The notes below the pieces were generated by a model. It was not told the origin of the DNA. It saw only the letters and a list, made by a program, of their open reading frames with translations, and did not search any database. From assembly GCF_009914755.1 (NCBI RefSeq), contig NC_060935.1: a stretch of 64,000 nucleotides of DNA. One strand, written 5' to 3'. A program made the translations under genes and the position numbers. Source of the DNA: the human T2T-CHM13v2.0 reference genome, Homo sapiens. Each line of letters starts with the position of its first letter. The stretch's first letter is position 1. Positions 22,937-37,471 of the stretch are shown here, one piece after another.

Positions 22937-23635
22937 TACTACTGCTCCTAGAAACTCCACTTGGAGATAGGTAGATGGGGCTTCCAGAGTCATAATTTAT
23001 AATAGAACTTGATCATCCTGTTCAAGACCCTCTTGTAGAAGACTCTTGCCAACACCAGGCTAACTTTAGGCAGCCATTGTCTCCTGTTTCTTGCTCTAGC
23101 TCAGTGATTCCCAGTTGCTGTGTCGCTTCCTTCTTCGTGTTTCAGACATTTGTGGGGGTAGTCTCAGTTATTCAAGGATGTAACTTTCATTTAGGTAGTA
23201 GAGACCAGGAATTCCAAATGTCCTATAATTGCAAAGCACAGGACTCTTAAGTGTCCTGACAGGCATTTTTGTGAGTGAAAATTCTCTTCATAGTTATCTG
23301 GTAAAATAATCTGACTGGATATTTCATTACCTATGTGGTATTTTTAAATATAGTGGATATTTTAATGCAAACACTGTATGAATTGCAAGATTACACTTAG
23401 TTTTGTTCAGAACTTAACCAGAGGTTGTTGTCCATTTAGAATACCTACTACCTAACACTGGTGCCTCTCATGACACTTGGGTCACCAATTGTAGACACCT
23501 GGATTAGTTTGCGTTTGTAGATGCTGCATTCACGGGGATTTTTATGAACAAAAACTCTTGATTGCTTCTTTATGTTGTCTATTATAATTCTGAAAACTTA
23601 CATATTGAAAATTTATTGAATTAAATATTGTTTTA

Positions 23636-23785
<150 letters not shown>

Positions 23786-25139
23786 ACCAAACCACAATTT
23801 TACAGCAAACGATTGCACTTTTATTTGTCCTTTTAAAATCATTTTTAAAAGAATTACCCGTAGGTAGTTAGAATATTCATTAATTTCATTTGACAATCAC
23901 AAAGGAAGAGCATAAAATAGTTATGATTTAAAAACTTTGAGAACTGCTAGATGGATGTAAGGTACTTTTTCTCCATTCCATATTGTTTTTCTCAACTTGC
24001 TGAGACTAAGATAGATGGGGTTACTACTAAGGCTCAGGGATAACAAAAGAGTAAGGGAAAAACAGGAATACATATATATGATTTTATAATTTACAAGTTT
24101 AGTTTAAACATCTCTGATTTATGCTACTCTAGATGACTGCCTCCACAGTCAAGACCATCTTGCCCTAGCCATTTATTTGATACCTTGTTTTCCTAATGTA
24201 AAGCTGAGAGAAAGCTATCCAGAGTAATTCAGGAGTTTCCCTTCTTATATGTCTACCTTCCATGTTTCAGTTAACTGTTTGAAGACCTATTGCTTCCATG
24301 ATGCAAACTCCTTTCAAAAAGTTTATGTTCCCCTCCAAGGAGACTCTGTCCTTTACCCAGATTATTGAGTCCTACTTTGCTGTACGTGGTTGCCCTGTGG
24401 CGGGTAAGATCAGTACCATCACTACCTAAAATTGGTTCAGATGCAGAAACTGATGATGACGCATATGTTCAAAAAGGGTATGAAGAGATTTATTCTTCGT
24501 AACATGAGGCTTTCTGAGAAGACACATTGGTATGAAAACAGCCTGAGTGAAAAAAGGAATGAATGACTTGGATTTTTAACTGTGGTTGTGAGGTAGGGTT
24601 GGGATGAGGGTTCCTATGTGGGCCAGGGTTTGTGTGGTGTAAACTTCTCCACTGGAGTCAGGGCAGGAGGTGCCCAACTTCTGACCTTGCCCAGAGGTGA
24701 GGCAATAGGGAAAAGGCAAATAATGTGGCTTGAAAGCTGTCAGCAGTCAAAGAGCTGACATAATGTCAGACTCTTAATTACATGAGTCTATAGTGAATGT
24801 CAGTCACTTTAAAATCCAAAACAAGAACCACAGCAGCACCCATACAACATAAATGTGTACGTAATAGCACTGGGCCTTCTAGAAGGGTTAACATAGGATT
24901 TAGGAATGAAAACCCATTTTCAGAATATGGCCATGTGAAGAAGGCTTGGAGCTCAAGAATTAAGTAGAAAGCTAATTTAAAAAACTGGAGCACTATAACT
25001 GGTCAAGCTAAATACATGGTTGACTGGTTAAATACCTCCTGTCATAGGCCCTAGGCCTGGAAATACATGCTAGCTAAGTAGTAAGCAATCAAGTGGTCTG
25101 AACTAGAGAAGATGGTTTATCAGCAAGACTATGTAATAT

Positions 25140-26439
25140 TGTTATAGGAAAGAGGTCCGGATACAGACCCCAAGAGAGGGTTGTTGGATCTTATGCAAGA
25201 AAGAATTTAGGGCAAGTCCGTAAAGTGAAAGCAAGTTTATTAAGAAAGTAAAGAAATAAAAGAATGGCTACTCCATAGACAGTCCAAAGGGCTGCTGGTT
25301 ACCCATTTTAATGGTTATTCCTTGATTATATGCTAAACAAGGGGTGGTTTGTTCATGCCTCCCCTTGTTTTTTTTTTTTTTAATTTTTCTTTTTTTTTAA
25401 TTATACTTTAAGTTCTAGGGTACATGTGCGCAACGTGCAGGTTTGTTACATATGTATACATGTGCCATGTTGGTGTGCTGCACCCATTAACTCGTCACTT
25501 ACATTAGGTATATCTCCTAATGCTATCCCTCCCCCCTCCCCCAACCCCCGACAGACCCTGGTGTGTGATGTTCCCCACCCTGTGTCGAAGTGTTCTCATT
25601 GTTCAATTCCTACCTATGAGTGAGAACATGCGGTGTGTGGTTTTTTGTCCTTGCGATAGTTTGCTGAGAATGATGGTTTCCAGCTTCATCCATGTCCCTA
25701 CAAAGGACATAAACTCATCCTTTTTTATGGCTGCACAGTATTCCATGGTGTATATGTGCCACATTTTCTTAATCCAGTCTATCATTGATGGACATTTGGG
25801 TTGGTTCCAAGTCTTTGCTATTGTGAATAGTGCCACAGTAAACATACGTGTGCATGTGTCTTTATAGCAGCATGATTTATAATCCTTTGGGTATATACCC
25901 AGTAATGGGATGGCTGGGTCAAATGGTATTTCTAGTTCTAGATCCTTGAGGAATCGCCACACTGTCTTCCACAATGGTTGAACTAGTTTACAGTCTCACC
26001 AACAGTGTAAAAGCATTCCTATTTCTCCACATCCTCTCCAGCACCTGTTGTTTCCTGACTTTTTAATGATTGCCATTCTAACTGGTGTGAGATGGTATCA
26101 CATTGTGGTTCATGACTCTCCTTTTTAGACCATATAGGGTAAATTCCTGACTTTGCCATGGAATTTGTAAAATGTCATGGTGCTGGTGGGAGTGTAGCAG
26201 TGAAGATGACCAGAGGTCACTCTCATGGCTGTTTTTGTTTTGGTGGATTTTGGCTGGCTGCTTTACTTTAGCCTGTTTTATCAGCAAGGTCTTTATGACT
26301 TGTATCTTGTGCTTACCTCCTGTCTTATTTGTGACTGAGAATGTCTTAACCATCTGGGAATGCAGCTCAGTAGGTCTCAGTCTCATTTTTCCCAGCCTCT
26401 GTTCACGATGGAGTTGCTCTGTTTCAAATGTTTCTGATG
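25140..26439 (-). mobile_element. MER41A solo LTR interrupted by an L1PA insertion
   Basis: tgttataggaaagaggtcc...cagaccccaagagaggg at one end and gatggagttgctctgtttcaaatgtttctga at the other. The halves join seamlessly across the L1. Confidence 0.85.
25367..26110 (-). mobile_element. 5'-truncated L1PA (about PA4-PA5) 3' end
   Basis: poly-T plus ttatactttaagttctagggtacatgtg; ORF 25974-25603 is the L1 ORF2 C-terminus; 16-bp TSD gttcatgcctcccctt / gttcatgactctcctt. Confidence 0.95.
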
Positions 26440-27699
26440 ATGATATACAGTTCAATGAACTTTGTTTCTTAATGAAATTACATCTTCTTTAATAGTTTAA
26501 AATGATTTTATTTTAATGTAATATTAGCCAACATCAGAAACTCTGGACACTATAACAAATTACTTCTTAACACATTAACATGTTTCTTTTGTATTCACAT
26601 CACATTCTGCTTAGTTGTTGAATGAAGTGCTCTCCATACAGAAAGTTTTGGAACCACTTTCAGTTGATCTAATATCTTTGATATCTTTTAAAGCCTTACT
26701 GGCATCTTCTGCTCCTTTACCTTTAGAAAACTGACAAATAGGAGAGGATAAAAGATTGTGCATGACTTTTTTTTGTATCTAGTCCTGTATTTTACATACA
26801 TTTCAGTCTAGAACTAAGTCACATGGCCCCATGTCAAACCTAAAAAAGGCCAAGAAAGTGTCCCAGTGTTCCTAGGAAAAGGAAATGGGATTAGGGAGCA
26901 TCTAGCCAGTACTTGCCACACATGAGTAAAAAAAAAAAAAAAAAAACCTATCAAATATCACATGTGATAATGATGACATTAAAATTACACTAATATAATT
27001 TTAACATCAAGAATAAAGTGGGCTCTTAGGAAATACTTTATTGAGTGATTATGATTAAAATTATTTAAGGTCAGTTCTATGGGTTATATAGAAACAGCTT
27101 TGTTTTAGTAAAAGCTAAAAGTAAAAAAACTTCATTTTTGTTAATTTCTCATTTTTCATAATATTTTATTAGAGGGACTTAGGGTATCCTTAGTAGAAAC
27201 TTCAAATTTTAATCTTAAAATATGAAGTTTATAAAATACAGAAAATATGTCAATTTCTATAAGTTAAATAGTTATATTAACATGCAGGTAAATGTAACTA
27301 CCAGAAAATCTTGAGTAAAGTATGTCTATTATGGAGTAGAATTGGGTAAAAAACTGTCCTCATCTAGGATACAAATTTACGGTTTTAATTTTAAGATGAA
27401 CTTTATCTTCAGACAATAATCTGTTATGACCTCATGTATTACTGGATGTAACCAAGCTAAGACTGGATATAGATCCCACAGATATTTTTGGAAATGATGC
27501 CTGAAATGAATCGTTCTTCTTCCAGTTCTGAAAGCTTATGGCCCTATGATAGCATAAAAATCAAACATCTATCAAGTATTTTTATTTTCTCCAGTATCAC
27601 TCTTTGTAAATGATACTTCTATCTCTTATTTTTTGTTTTTTCATCTTTTATTTTTAAAATAATTTTCTTACAATTAATATAGGGAGAGGAAAAATGGTT

Positions 27700-28230
27700 T
27701 ATTAGTTACCTATTCCTATATTTAAAAAATCCTCAAAACTTAGCAATTTAAAACAACAATCAAGCATTTTCTCTTCAAGTCTGAAATCTGAGTACCTTAG
27801 CTGGGAGGTTCTGGCTCTAGGTCTTTCATGAGGCTGCAGTCATGCTGTCAGTTATAGCTCCATTCTCATTTGAAAACTTTACAAAGGGAGGATCCACTTA
27901 ACAATTCACCTATGTGATAGTTGTTAGGCCTCAGTTTCTTGCTGCCTTTTGGCCAAGCCAGGTATTTCAGTTCCTTACCATGTCGGCCTCTCCACAGCCT
28001 GAAAAAATTTCCTTTGGATATGCAATGGTCTTCTTCTTGAGGGAGTGACCCACGAGGAAAGTGTACCCCAGAAGGAAGTTGCATTACTTAGTATTAGAAG
28101 TAATATAGTATGCCTTTTGCTTTTAGCTAGAAATAAGTCATTAAGTCAAGCTGACACTCACGGGGAAAGAAATTAAGCTCAACTCCTTGAAGGGAGGGTT
28201 ATCAAAAAAGTTGTGGACATATCTTTTAAA
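27700..28230 (-). mobile_element. MLT1 MaLR LTR (old)
   Basis: tattagttacctatt...caaaacttagcaatttaaaacaacaa...tcatgaggctgcagtca. Confidence 0.65.
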
Positions 28231-28236
28231 CTAACC

Positions 28237-28291
28237 CAAGTAGGTTTGGAAAAATTCTTCACAAGTAGGTTTGGAAAAATTCTTCACAAGT
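28237..28291. repeat. Perfect 25-bp tandem duplication
   Basis: caagtaggtttggaaaaattcttca x2 plus caagt. Confidence 0.95.
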
Positions 28292-28539
28292 TAATTGGTC
28301 TAAAGATGATATAAAAGGCATGTTTACTTTATATCATTATTTTGAAATACAATTAAAACAAACAAGATTAAAAAGGAGGCATGAAAAGGTTACTTTCATT
28401 GAAACAAGGAAAAAAGGCTTGAAAATAATGAGGAAAGAAATATCCGACAATTGCCTTTGTCGTCAGACTTCAAGACAAATATCAGTTTACCTAATGGTAA
28501 GTCACCAGCCCTTAAAAGAAATGTGTACTCAATTGTTCA

Positions 28540-29720
28540 TTAATAAAGGTAAAATAATCGGGTGAAGTCTGTGTGAAAGTGGACAAATGACTCAGGATAC
28601 TTCAGAACATATCGAAGGAGGCAGTGAAATAAGAACTACTATGACAAGCGTTTTATATATATATATTTTTTTCAATCTAAGTTTTTGTATGGGAGGACCA
28701 TTGAAGTTGAGGCAGAGGGAAGGAGGCAAGAGATTGAGAAACCGTCAGATTATAGTCAAACTCCTAACCTAAGGATTTTCCCTGTGAACCACGCAGATGT
28801 CCTTAAAAAGGAAATAGGGTTAATACAGACATATAACATCTATGCATTTAGATATTACTGATAATCACATTACTAAGAACAGTTAAAAGAAGCAATATAA
28901 GAAACCAAAGTAGATATAAGATAATAGAATATGATATGTAAGTTTTGGAGCTCGGGAAACAAATGGAAGAGAGAAAAAATGATTAAAGAGTTGAAACTCT
29001 TAGTAGTAGTAATATATTTGCACCTAATTAGATAGTAATACAGCAACCAAACTCAACAAAGTCAAACAAAAAAGAAGATAAACCATTACACAGTTTATGG
29101 AGAGAACTTTTTTTCTTTTTAAAGAAAAACAAGGTATGCCTAACTGGTATGAGGGGAATAGAGCAAATGAGAAATAAATTTTCCTGAAAAAGAAAGTCAT
29201 AAGACTGAAAGTTAAAAAGGCCAACTGAGTCACAGAAAAAAAAATCGTACAAGATGACTACACCAAGACATATCCCTCAAAATTATTGATATTCACGGGT
29301 GAGTAAAGAATCCTGTGGGTGTCCATGCATAAAATCTGGTCACTTAAAAATGATGACAGTTAGGCCGGAGTCAGACTACTTCACCATGGTAATGTCCATT
29401 GTTACCAGAGGGTGGAAAAATACACGCAAAATCATTAGTTAAATTAGTAGTGAACGTGTAATTTGATACCTGCCAAGTTGTCTCTTAATGATAAAGAAAG
29501 AATACATACATCTTAACTATGCAAAAAGGAATACAGCATACAAGAGCTTGTTTTTGGTAAAAAATAAGGAACTTAGAAATGGAAAAACCATGGGAAGATA
29601 CATAAGTATCTAGTCTCATAATAAGAACTATGAATAAGAAACTTTGTAAAATATGCTTATCAAACAATTGAGAAAATTTAAGAAGTATACTTGAGAAGTC
29701 CATCATTCTTCGTAGCAGAG
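28540..29720 (+). mobile_element. Degenerate L1M/HAL1 ORF1-region fragment
   Basis: A-rich; ataaattttcctgaa...acaccaagacatatcc...aaagaatcct resembles L1 ORF1. Confidence 0.5.
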
Positions 29721-30814
29721 AATAAACAGATTATTTCCAAATTGAAACAATTCTTTTCTAAGAAAAAAAAAAGCCTCTTGAGTATGACCCTGGCATTTCA
29801 CAGACAATAACCACTGACGTTGTATGTTCAGCCAACTACAGATACCTAGCAGTTTGTTAATAAGAGATCTGATAGAGGAAAAAAACACAGAAAACCATTG
29901 CTTTTATGAGACATTAACATTGTGTGTGATGACATCTGCCCATTACACAAATGTGTCGAAGGCTTCTACTTGGTTAAAGAGTTTAATTAATTGGCTATCA
30001 AGATCTTTGTGATAATTTGCTATTATACAGCATTTGAAGTGTTATCTCCAACAAGTTATAGATTCCATCAAGCAAAAGAGTGCAGAATGTAAGTATACGG
30101 ATTTAAACAGTGGATCATTATGACCAGAAGATAAAATTCACTGCTACAGCAGAATGAATAAAAAATGTATCTCAGTATATCTATAATCTCTTTACAGTAG
30201 AAACATCACTGATTATCTTTGCTGGGGACTGGGAAGCTGTACGTAGACATGTTTCTTTTCCCCCCCTTAACATGAATTTTACTTCTAAGATGAAAAAAGG
30301 AAGGGAAGGGAGCCACTGTTTAACTTGGCATTTGAAATACTTTCTTTTTCACATTTCTATTTACTGTCATTTATGTTGACGCACTGGCTTAACAGCAACA
30401 AAATAAATGATGGAGTCACTGAATAGGGCTAAGATGCTTTGGGAACTAACAATGAACAGCAAAGAGATGTCTCACAAAGTATGGGCAGTAATAATAAAAT
30501 ATATGTTCAGATTAGTCCCTTATTATTTAGCCTATAATTTACCAAATCTTACTTCTCTAGTTTTCCCCAGCCGGACCATATTTTATTTCTCTTGTCCTGT
30601 TTTCACAATTTTCAGAACATAAAATTTGGAACCAGAGAATCTTAAAATCAACTGTCTTCTTATACGGCTAACTTTGCAGGAGTCTCCTCTAAGAAGCTTG
30701 GAGTTTTCAGCTTGCAATTAGAAATGACTATGATACTGAGCTCAGATAATTAGATAATATATATACATATATAAAATCATGCTTTATAAATGTTAGCACA
30801 TAAGTATAATAAGA

Positions 30815-30950
30815 GTGAGAAAAAGGGGAGGAGGAGGAAAAGAAGCAGCAGAAGCAGCAGAAGCAGCATCAGCAGAAGAGGAGGAGGAGAATGAAGGAGA
30901 AGGAGAATGAAGAAGGAGGAAGAGAATGACAAGAATGAAAAATAAGAAGA
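30815..30950. repeat. Purine-rich (GGA/GCA/GAA)n low-complexity repeat
   Basis: Directly visible. Confidence 0.9.
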
Positions 30951-31000
30951 AATAATAGTCATGGTAGTAGTAAGCAGTTTCAAGAATTCAATAGCCTTAG

Positions 31001-31429
<429 letters not shown>

Positions 31430-32184
31430 TATTTCCTTTCTAGATTTAGCTAATTGTTTTCTGTCTCAGTTTTGTCATCTCTAAGATAAAAGGACTGATT
31501 ATTGCCAATGGTGATTGTGAGTGTTTCGTGATATTATGCATGAGAAGTATTCAGCATAATGTCTGGCATATAGTAATTATACTACAAGTAAATATTAGTT
31601 ATTAATCACAATTTATTCAGTGCTTGCAATATACAAGGTATTTGCAAATGTTAATAACAACTGATATTCCTACTAATACTGTAAAGTAGGCATTATTATC
31701 CACAAATAATACTTGAGTAGCAGATAATCAAAGATGTTTGGTTCATGGCTAAAAAATACTACTACTAGAATTTGAACTTACATGTGTCCAACTCTAAAGC
31801 TCAGGAGTTGTCTATAACACTTATTATATGTGAATTTTATGCAGCATAGCTATTTTTAATGTTTAAGTCATAGTTTTAATGTGTAAAGATCAGAAAGGGT
31901 TTTTTTTCCCACAGCGTAATTCTGCAAGTTAATTCTTAAAATTTGATTTATAAAAGTTGTGATTTATAAAAATTTATAGAAGTTTTCCAATTTTTTATAA
32001 ACTCATAATGCAACAACAAATACAAAATTTTGACAATTTTCTCTAGTTATTTATTAAATCATTTATTTTTCTTTTCCTTATTGAATAAAAGTTTTAATTG
32101 ACAGCAATATAATTTGGTACAGTGAGACATATTCTGGTTATTTTGGTGTAGTATTTTGCTCGTAGCTCAAAAAAAGTGCAGCTA

Positions 32185-32475
32185 GGCCAGTCGAGGTGGT
32201 TCACTTCTGCATTCCCAGCACTTTGGGAGGCCTAGGCGGGCGGATTACTTGAGGTTAGGAGTGTGAGACCAGCCTGGCCAACATGGCAAAAACCTGTCTC
32301 TACTAAAAATACAAAAATTAGCTAGGCATGGTGGCTGTAATTGCAGCTACTCAGGTGGCTGTGGCAGGATAATTGCTTGAACCTAGGAGGCAGAGGTTGC
32401 AGTGAGCCAAGATCGTGCCACTGCTCTCTAGACAGAGTGGGAGTGAGACTCTCTCAAAAACAAACAAACAAAAAA
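32185..32475 (+). mobile_element. AluS
   Basis: Full dimer; TSD remnant aaaagtgcagcta / aaacttgcatcta. Confidence 0.92.
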
Positions 32476-32833
32476 CTTGCATCTAGGTTATCTAGGATTC
32501 AAAGAAAATACTCGTCAGTACATGCTCATAGTGACTGCTCAATTTTTATTTGGTTTAGAATACTGTGAAAACTTTTGTTTTACTTCGCCAAGACAAAATA
32601 TTTAAAGAAATATATTTAAAGAAAGCAAATCATTTTACTCCAAATTTGTTCTTCTAAATATAAGGTGTACATCTTTTCCCAGAATTTTTTTTTAGCTCAA
32701 ATTTCCTGGAACATTTATTTTTATACTTTTTTTCTGAATATTTTCTTGTGATTATCTGCAAAAGATATAAACTTCTGTTTAATACATATATTGGAACTAT
32801 GTCTTTACTGAAATAATTTCTCTTTATCTGTAG

Positions 32834-33046
32834 CAGTAGTTTTTAACAAGGGTCATTTTGATCCTAGAGCACATATAACAATGTCTGGATACCTTTTTTA
32901 TTATTACACATTGGAGAGAGATGCTACTGGAATCTAGTGGGTAGAGGCCACGGATGCTGCTAACCATTCTACAATGCACAGGACAGCCCCGCCTCAACAG
33001 AAAGATCTGTCCCAAAACATCAATGGTACAGAGACTGAGAAACCTG
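32834..33046. mobile_element. MER20 (hAT-Charlie) DNA transposon
   Basis: gatgctactggaatctagtgggtagaggccacggatgctgctaaccattctacaatgcacaggacagcccc; cag...ctg termini. Confidence 0.9.
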
Positions 33047-34087
33047 ATCTAGGGCTATTATGTGATCAAATTCATGATCAATGAAAATTAAGCAAAAAAA
33101 GCTTTACTTTTTCACAAATTCACAATTCACTATGCTATAGATCTTAGATACGCACACGATGCTCTGAATGCTTACGTAACTGTGGGCTGACATAACTTGT
33201 ATTATCCTCTGTACATTTGCTCATCATTTCTCCAGCTGACTTGGTCTAAAACTCAAGTCCAAGTTGACATTTGAAGTCCATTTTTAGTTTCACTTTCTTC
33301 ATGAAATTTTCATTAGCTTCAAATTACTTTTATCACACACAGAATTTCTCTGAGTATTAGCTAACTAAAATAGAATCGAGTGTCTGGTATATAGTAGGCA
33401 ATAAATTTATGTGCTCTTCCCACTGGCCTCCACTTCCTTTTATGCCTTTTGTCTTCTGATCTTATTGACTATTTAGTTGTATAAAGTTTTGCCATTTTAA
33501 TTAAGTTGTCTTTTTTTGAAAGCATGTCTTATTTATTCCATGAAAATACCTTTATGCATGTTACATCATTTTTTTACACCCCAGAATTGTTAGCACTAAA
33601 TGTAGTGCTTCAGTGAATTAATGAAGAATATAAAAAAATGCAAGAGGACTAATATTTTCATACCTGTAGCACCTAAGTAGTGACACAATATTAATATATT
33701 ACTTTTGCGTGTGTATTATTTTTAACATTCTAAGAATTTTACAAACTTTCAGGTTTTTTAAGATATTGTTTATGCTTAATATTATTATCCTTCAGTCTGA
33801 TTTTGAAAAATGAAAACAAAGATATATATTTAAAATATAAATGTCTGAGGTTTGTTTTTTATGTATTACACGTTTAACAGCATTTTTAGTTGATTAAAAA
33901 TTATATTTGGTTCTTTACAATTTAATAAAACAATGCAGTTTTCTAGCTATTCCTTCTTTTGGGAATTTACCTGTTGATTACAAGAAAAGAGCAAGAATTT
34001 TGAATATAAGTAAGATGGAAAAGAAAAAAACACAAAATATCTTGCTAGTTTAAGGAAATTTAAAATGTGTCTGTTTTGTCTTTACAG

Positions 34088-34211
34088 AAAGTGTGGACTA
34101 TGGGCCAGTTTTTGTGCAAGAACCAGATGATATTATTTTTCCAACTGATTCTGATGAAAAGAAGGTAGCATTGAATTGTGAAGTTCGTGGCAATCCAGTT
34201 CCCAGTTACAG
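34088..34211 (+). CDS. CNTN5: CNTN5 coding exon (exon 5), 124 nt, first half of Ig1: (E)[40 protein letters not shown](R)
   Basis: Acceptor tgttttgtctttacag|AA, donor TACAG|gtagga. Contains the contactin Ig1 motif GPVFVQEP and the B-strand Cys (LNCEVRGNP). Confidence 0.98.
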
Positions 34212-34322
34212 GTAGGAATTCACTGTTAATCATTTTTCTTAAGCCTTAAAAACTTTCCATCAATGATATTCTGACACTCTCAGGGAGGATTATACATATT
34301 TGTCTTCTGATTTTTTCCTAAG

Positions 34323-34498
34323 ATGGCTTCGAAATGGAACAGAAATAGATCTGGAAAGTGATTATCGCTACAGTTTGATAGATGGCACCTTCATTATAAG
34401 CAATCCAAGTGAAGCAAAGGATTCTGGTCATTATCAGTGTTTAGCAACCAACACTGTGGGGAGTATTCTTAGTAGAGAAGCTACACTGCAGTTTGCCT
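34323..34498 (+). CDS. CNTN5: CNTN5 coding exon (exon 6), 176 nt, second half of Ig1: (R)[58 protein letters not shown]
   Basis: Acceptor ttttttcctaag|A, donor GCCT|gtgagt. Contains the Ig C-strand Trp and the DxGxYxC motif (DSGHYQC). Separated from the previous exon by a 111-bp intron. Confidence 0.98.
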
Positions 34499-34571
34499 GT
34501 GAGTAAAATATATGATTTTTCTATATATATGTATATAGTGTGTATATACAGTATGGATTTTTAAAATTTAG

Positions 34572-34908
<337 letters not shown>

Positions 34909-35365
34909 CTTCTTGGGATATTTTGAAATTTTCTAAAAGATTTGCTGTCCTCAAAATAAACTTGATAAACTAGCCTGACAGGTTGAAGTCCTTTTCATGA
35001 AAGTAGATAAAGTTTTAGAATTCATAACAGTCTATTTTGAAACCCACCACTTTTTATGTGTTATTTTCAAGTCTTTGAGTTCAAATTAAGCTTCCTATGA
35101 GAAAAAAAAATGATAATCCAAATTTCTTTTGAAATCGGATTCTCTCCATCTCCTTTTTAAGATATCTATAATTCTACTAACTACTATAGTCACCATTTGC
35201 TATGGATTTCTAAGAATATAAGATAGCATATTCTAAAACTTCTGCTTATAGCCAGGTAACAAAAAATACCTCTGAAATGCTAATATTTTAGATTTTGACT
35301 ATATCTCCTAGATGTCCCAGTTTTCGTATTGCAAAAAAGATATTGTATGTGGCTATACGGACATA

Positions 35366-35367
<2 letters not shown>

Positions 35368-35398
<31 letters not shown>
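35368..35398. repeat. (CA)n microsatellite
   Basis: Directly visible. Confidence 0.95.
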
Positions 35399-35400
<2 letters not shown>

Positions 35401-35437
35401 ATATAAACATTTCTAAAGTAGATAATACACCTGATTA

Positions 35438-35638
<201 letters not shown>

Positions 35639-37167
35639 CTAAATATGTTCTTAAAAACTCTTGAAATTATTTTACTTATAATGAGAGCTTACAATAAATT
35701 AAAAATAGGCTAATAGGTAAAACCTTTTATTATTATTCCTTAATAAGTAATCCTACTTGAAATTAAGTTCTTGAGGATAGAATCTCTAAAAAATACTGAG
35801 AAAGACTAGGAATCTTTATATTAATAATTAAAGTGTAATTGTAGTGGCTACATAAGAGATCATGAAATGATTTTTAAATTAAAGTTACACCTGGAAGAAT
35901 GTAATAATTGATATTTCTCTATGTAATCTTTCCCAGGTATCATTTCTAATTAACCCAGAATTCAGACACCCTATTAAAGAAGTGTGAAATAGAAAAGGAA
36001 AGAATAAAGAATTGATAATAAATACAGTTTGAAGAGTACCGAGATAGGTCCTAGAAAAATGTAAATATCATATTTTAAAGTAGATTTGCCTAAGGAATTC
36101 AGATAGGTACATTTACATAGGCCAAAGACACCAAGATAGCAGCCTAAATAGATTCTTTTTTATTTTGGAAAATATTATGTGGTGTATCACAGAACCTAAT
36201 ACTTTACATTATGCACAATTAATCAAGTAGCCTAATAAACTAAATAAATAACCCTCATAATAGCTCCTTTATTCAATAGTCTTTTCAAGATAGATGCAGA
36301 ATATCAAGAAAATATGCTATACAAATATTAGTGGCTTATACCTTACAGTTTGGTCTACAGTATTTGATACAAGGTATACCAGTTAGCTATAGCCTGTATG
36401 TCAGTTGTTTTTCCCTTTGTGGAAGCAAATCATGCCAACTTTTTTCTGCATGCGTTTAGAGCAGAAAGCTATTTATTTTACATATCCATATGACTGTCCT
36501 AGGTTTTCTGGAAAGACCAAACATAGTTGTCAAATACACTCATCTGAAGTGATGACTTTGGCAGCAGCGTTTACAATTCAATGACCAGGCATGGGAAATA
36601 CTGTTTATCTAAAGTATCTTACCTATTTAGCATGAAGCTGTCTTCAACTTGATTTAGAGCAATATCTGCTTATTTTTAACTTAAGCATTATGGGCTTACA
36701 TAGGTATTCAGTGGTAGCACCTTATGACTCTGCCCCTCTCTACTTTCCACCAAACTCAGGTCATTGGCTACATACGCATAAAAACCCACAAGGTACCTGG
36801 TTAAAGCAGACAGTTACCCAGGGAAGACCAATTCTGCCTCAAAATTGTTTCTCCACCTAGATGCCATTATGCTTATTCCTATGATATTGAAACAATGAAG
36901 TCCCATAGATGTAGTTTCATCTATTTTTCCAGTTTATCTTTGAAAATAAATGCAAATATGGGCAGTAGGGAGAAAAGATGAAGATTTGATTAACCTACCA
37001 GTATACCTGGATGGGAGTTTGGGTGCTATAGGATTCGGGGACTCAGAATCGTTCAAAGATTAGGGAGAGAAACTGAGGTAGGAAGTTGGGGAGAAAAAAG
37101 AAAAGGGGTTCCTGAAATGAAGTGAAAGAACACAAAGGCAAGGTGAAACTTGAAAAATTAGTCCGCA

Positions 37168-37471
37168 GGCTGGGCGCGGTGGCTCACGCCCATAACCCCA
37201 GCATTTTGGGCAGCCGAGGCGGGCGGATCACGAGTTCAGGAGTTCGAGACCATCCTGGCGAACACGGTGAAACCCATCTCTACTAAAAATACAAAAAATT
37301 AGCCGGGCCTGGTGGCACATGCCTGTAGTCCCAGCTACTAGGGAGACTGAGGCAGGAGATCGCTTGAACCCGGGAGGCGGAGCTTGCAGTGAGCCGAGAT
37401 CACACCACTGCACTCCAGCCTGGGCGACAAAGCGAGACTCCTTCTCAAAACAAAACAAAACAAACAAAAAA
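37168..37471 (+). mobile_element. AluSc/AluY with (CAAAA)n tail
   Basis: Full dimer; ggatcacgag and gagcttgcagtgagccgaga. Confidence 0.92.

Noticed and set aside
25603-25974. 123-aa ORF as a cellular gene
   Set aside because: It is the L1 ORF2 C-terminus from a 5'-truncated element.
34212-34322. In-frame retention of the 111-bp (3n) intron
   Set aside because: Read-through gives AGG TAG, an immediate stop.
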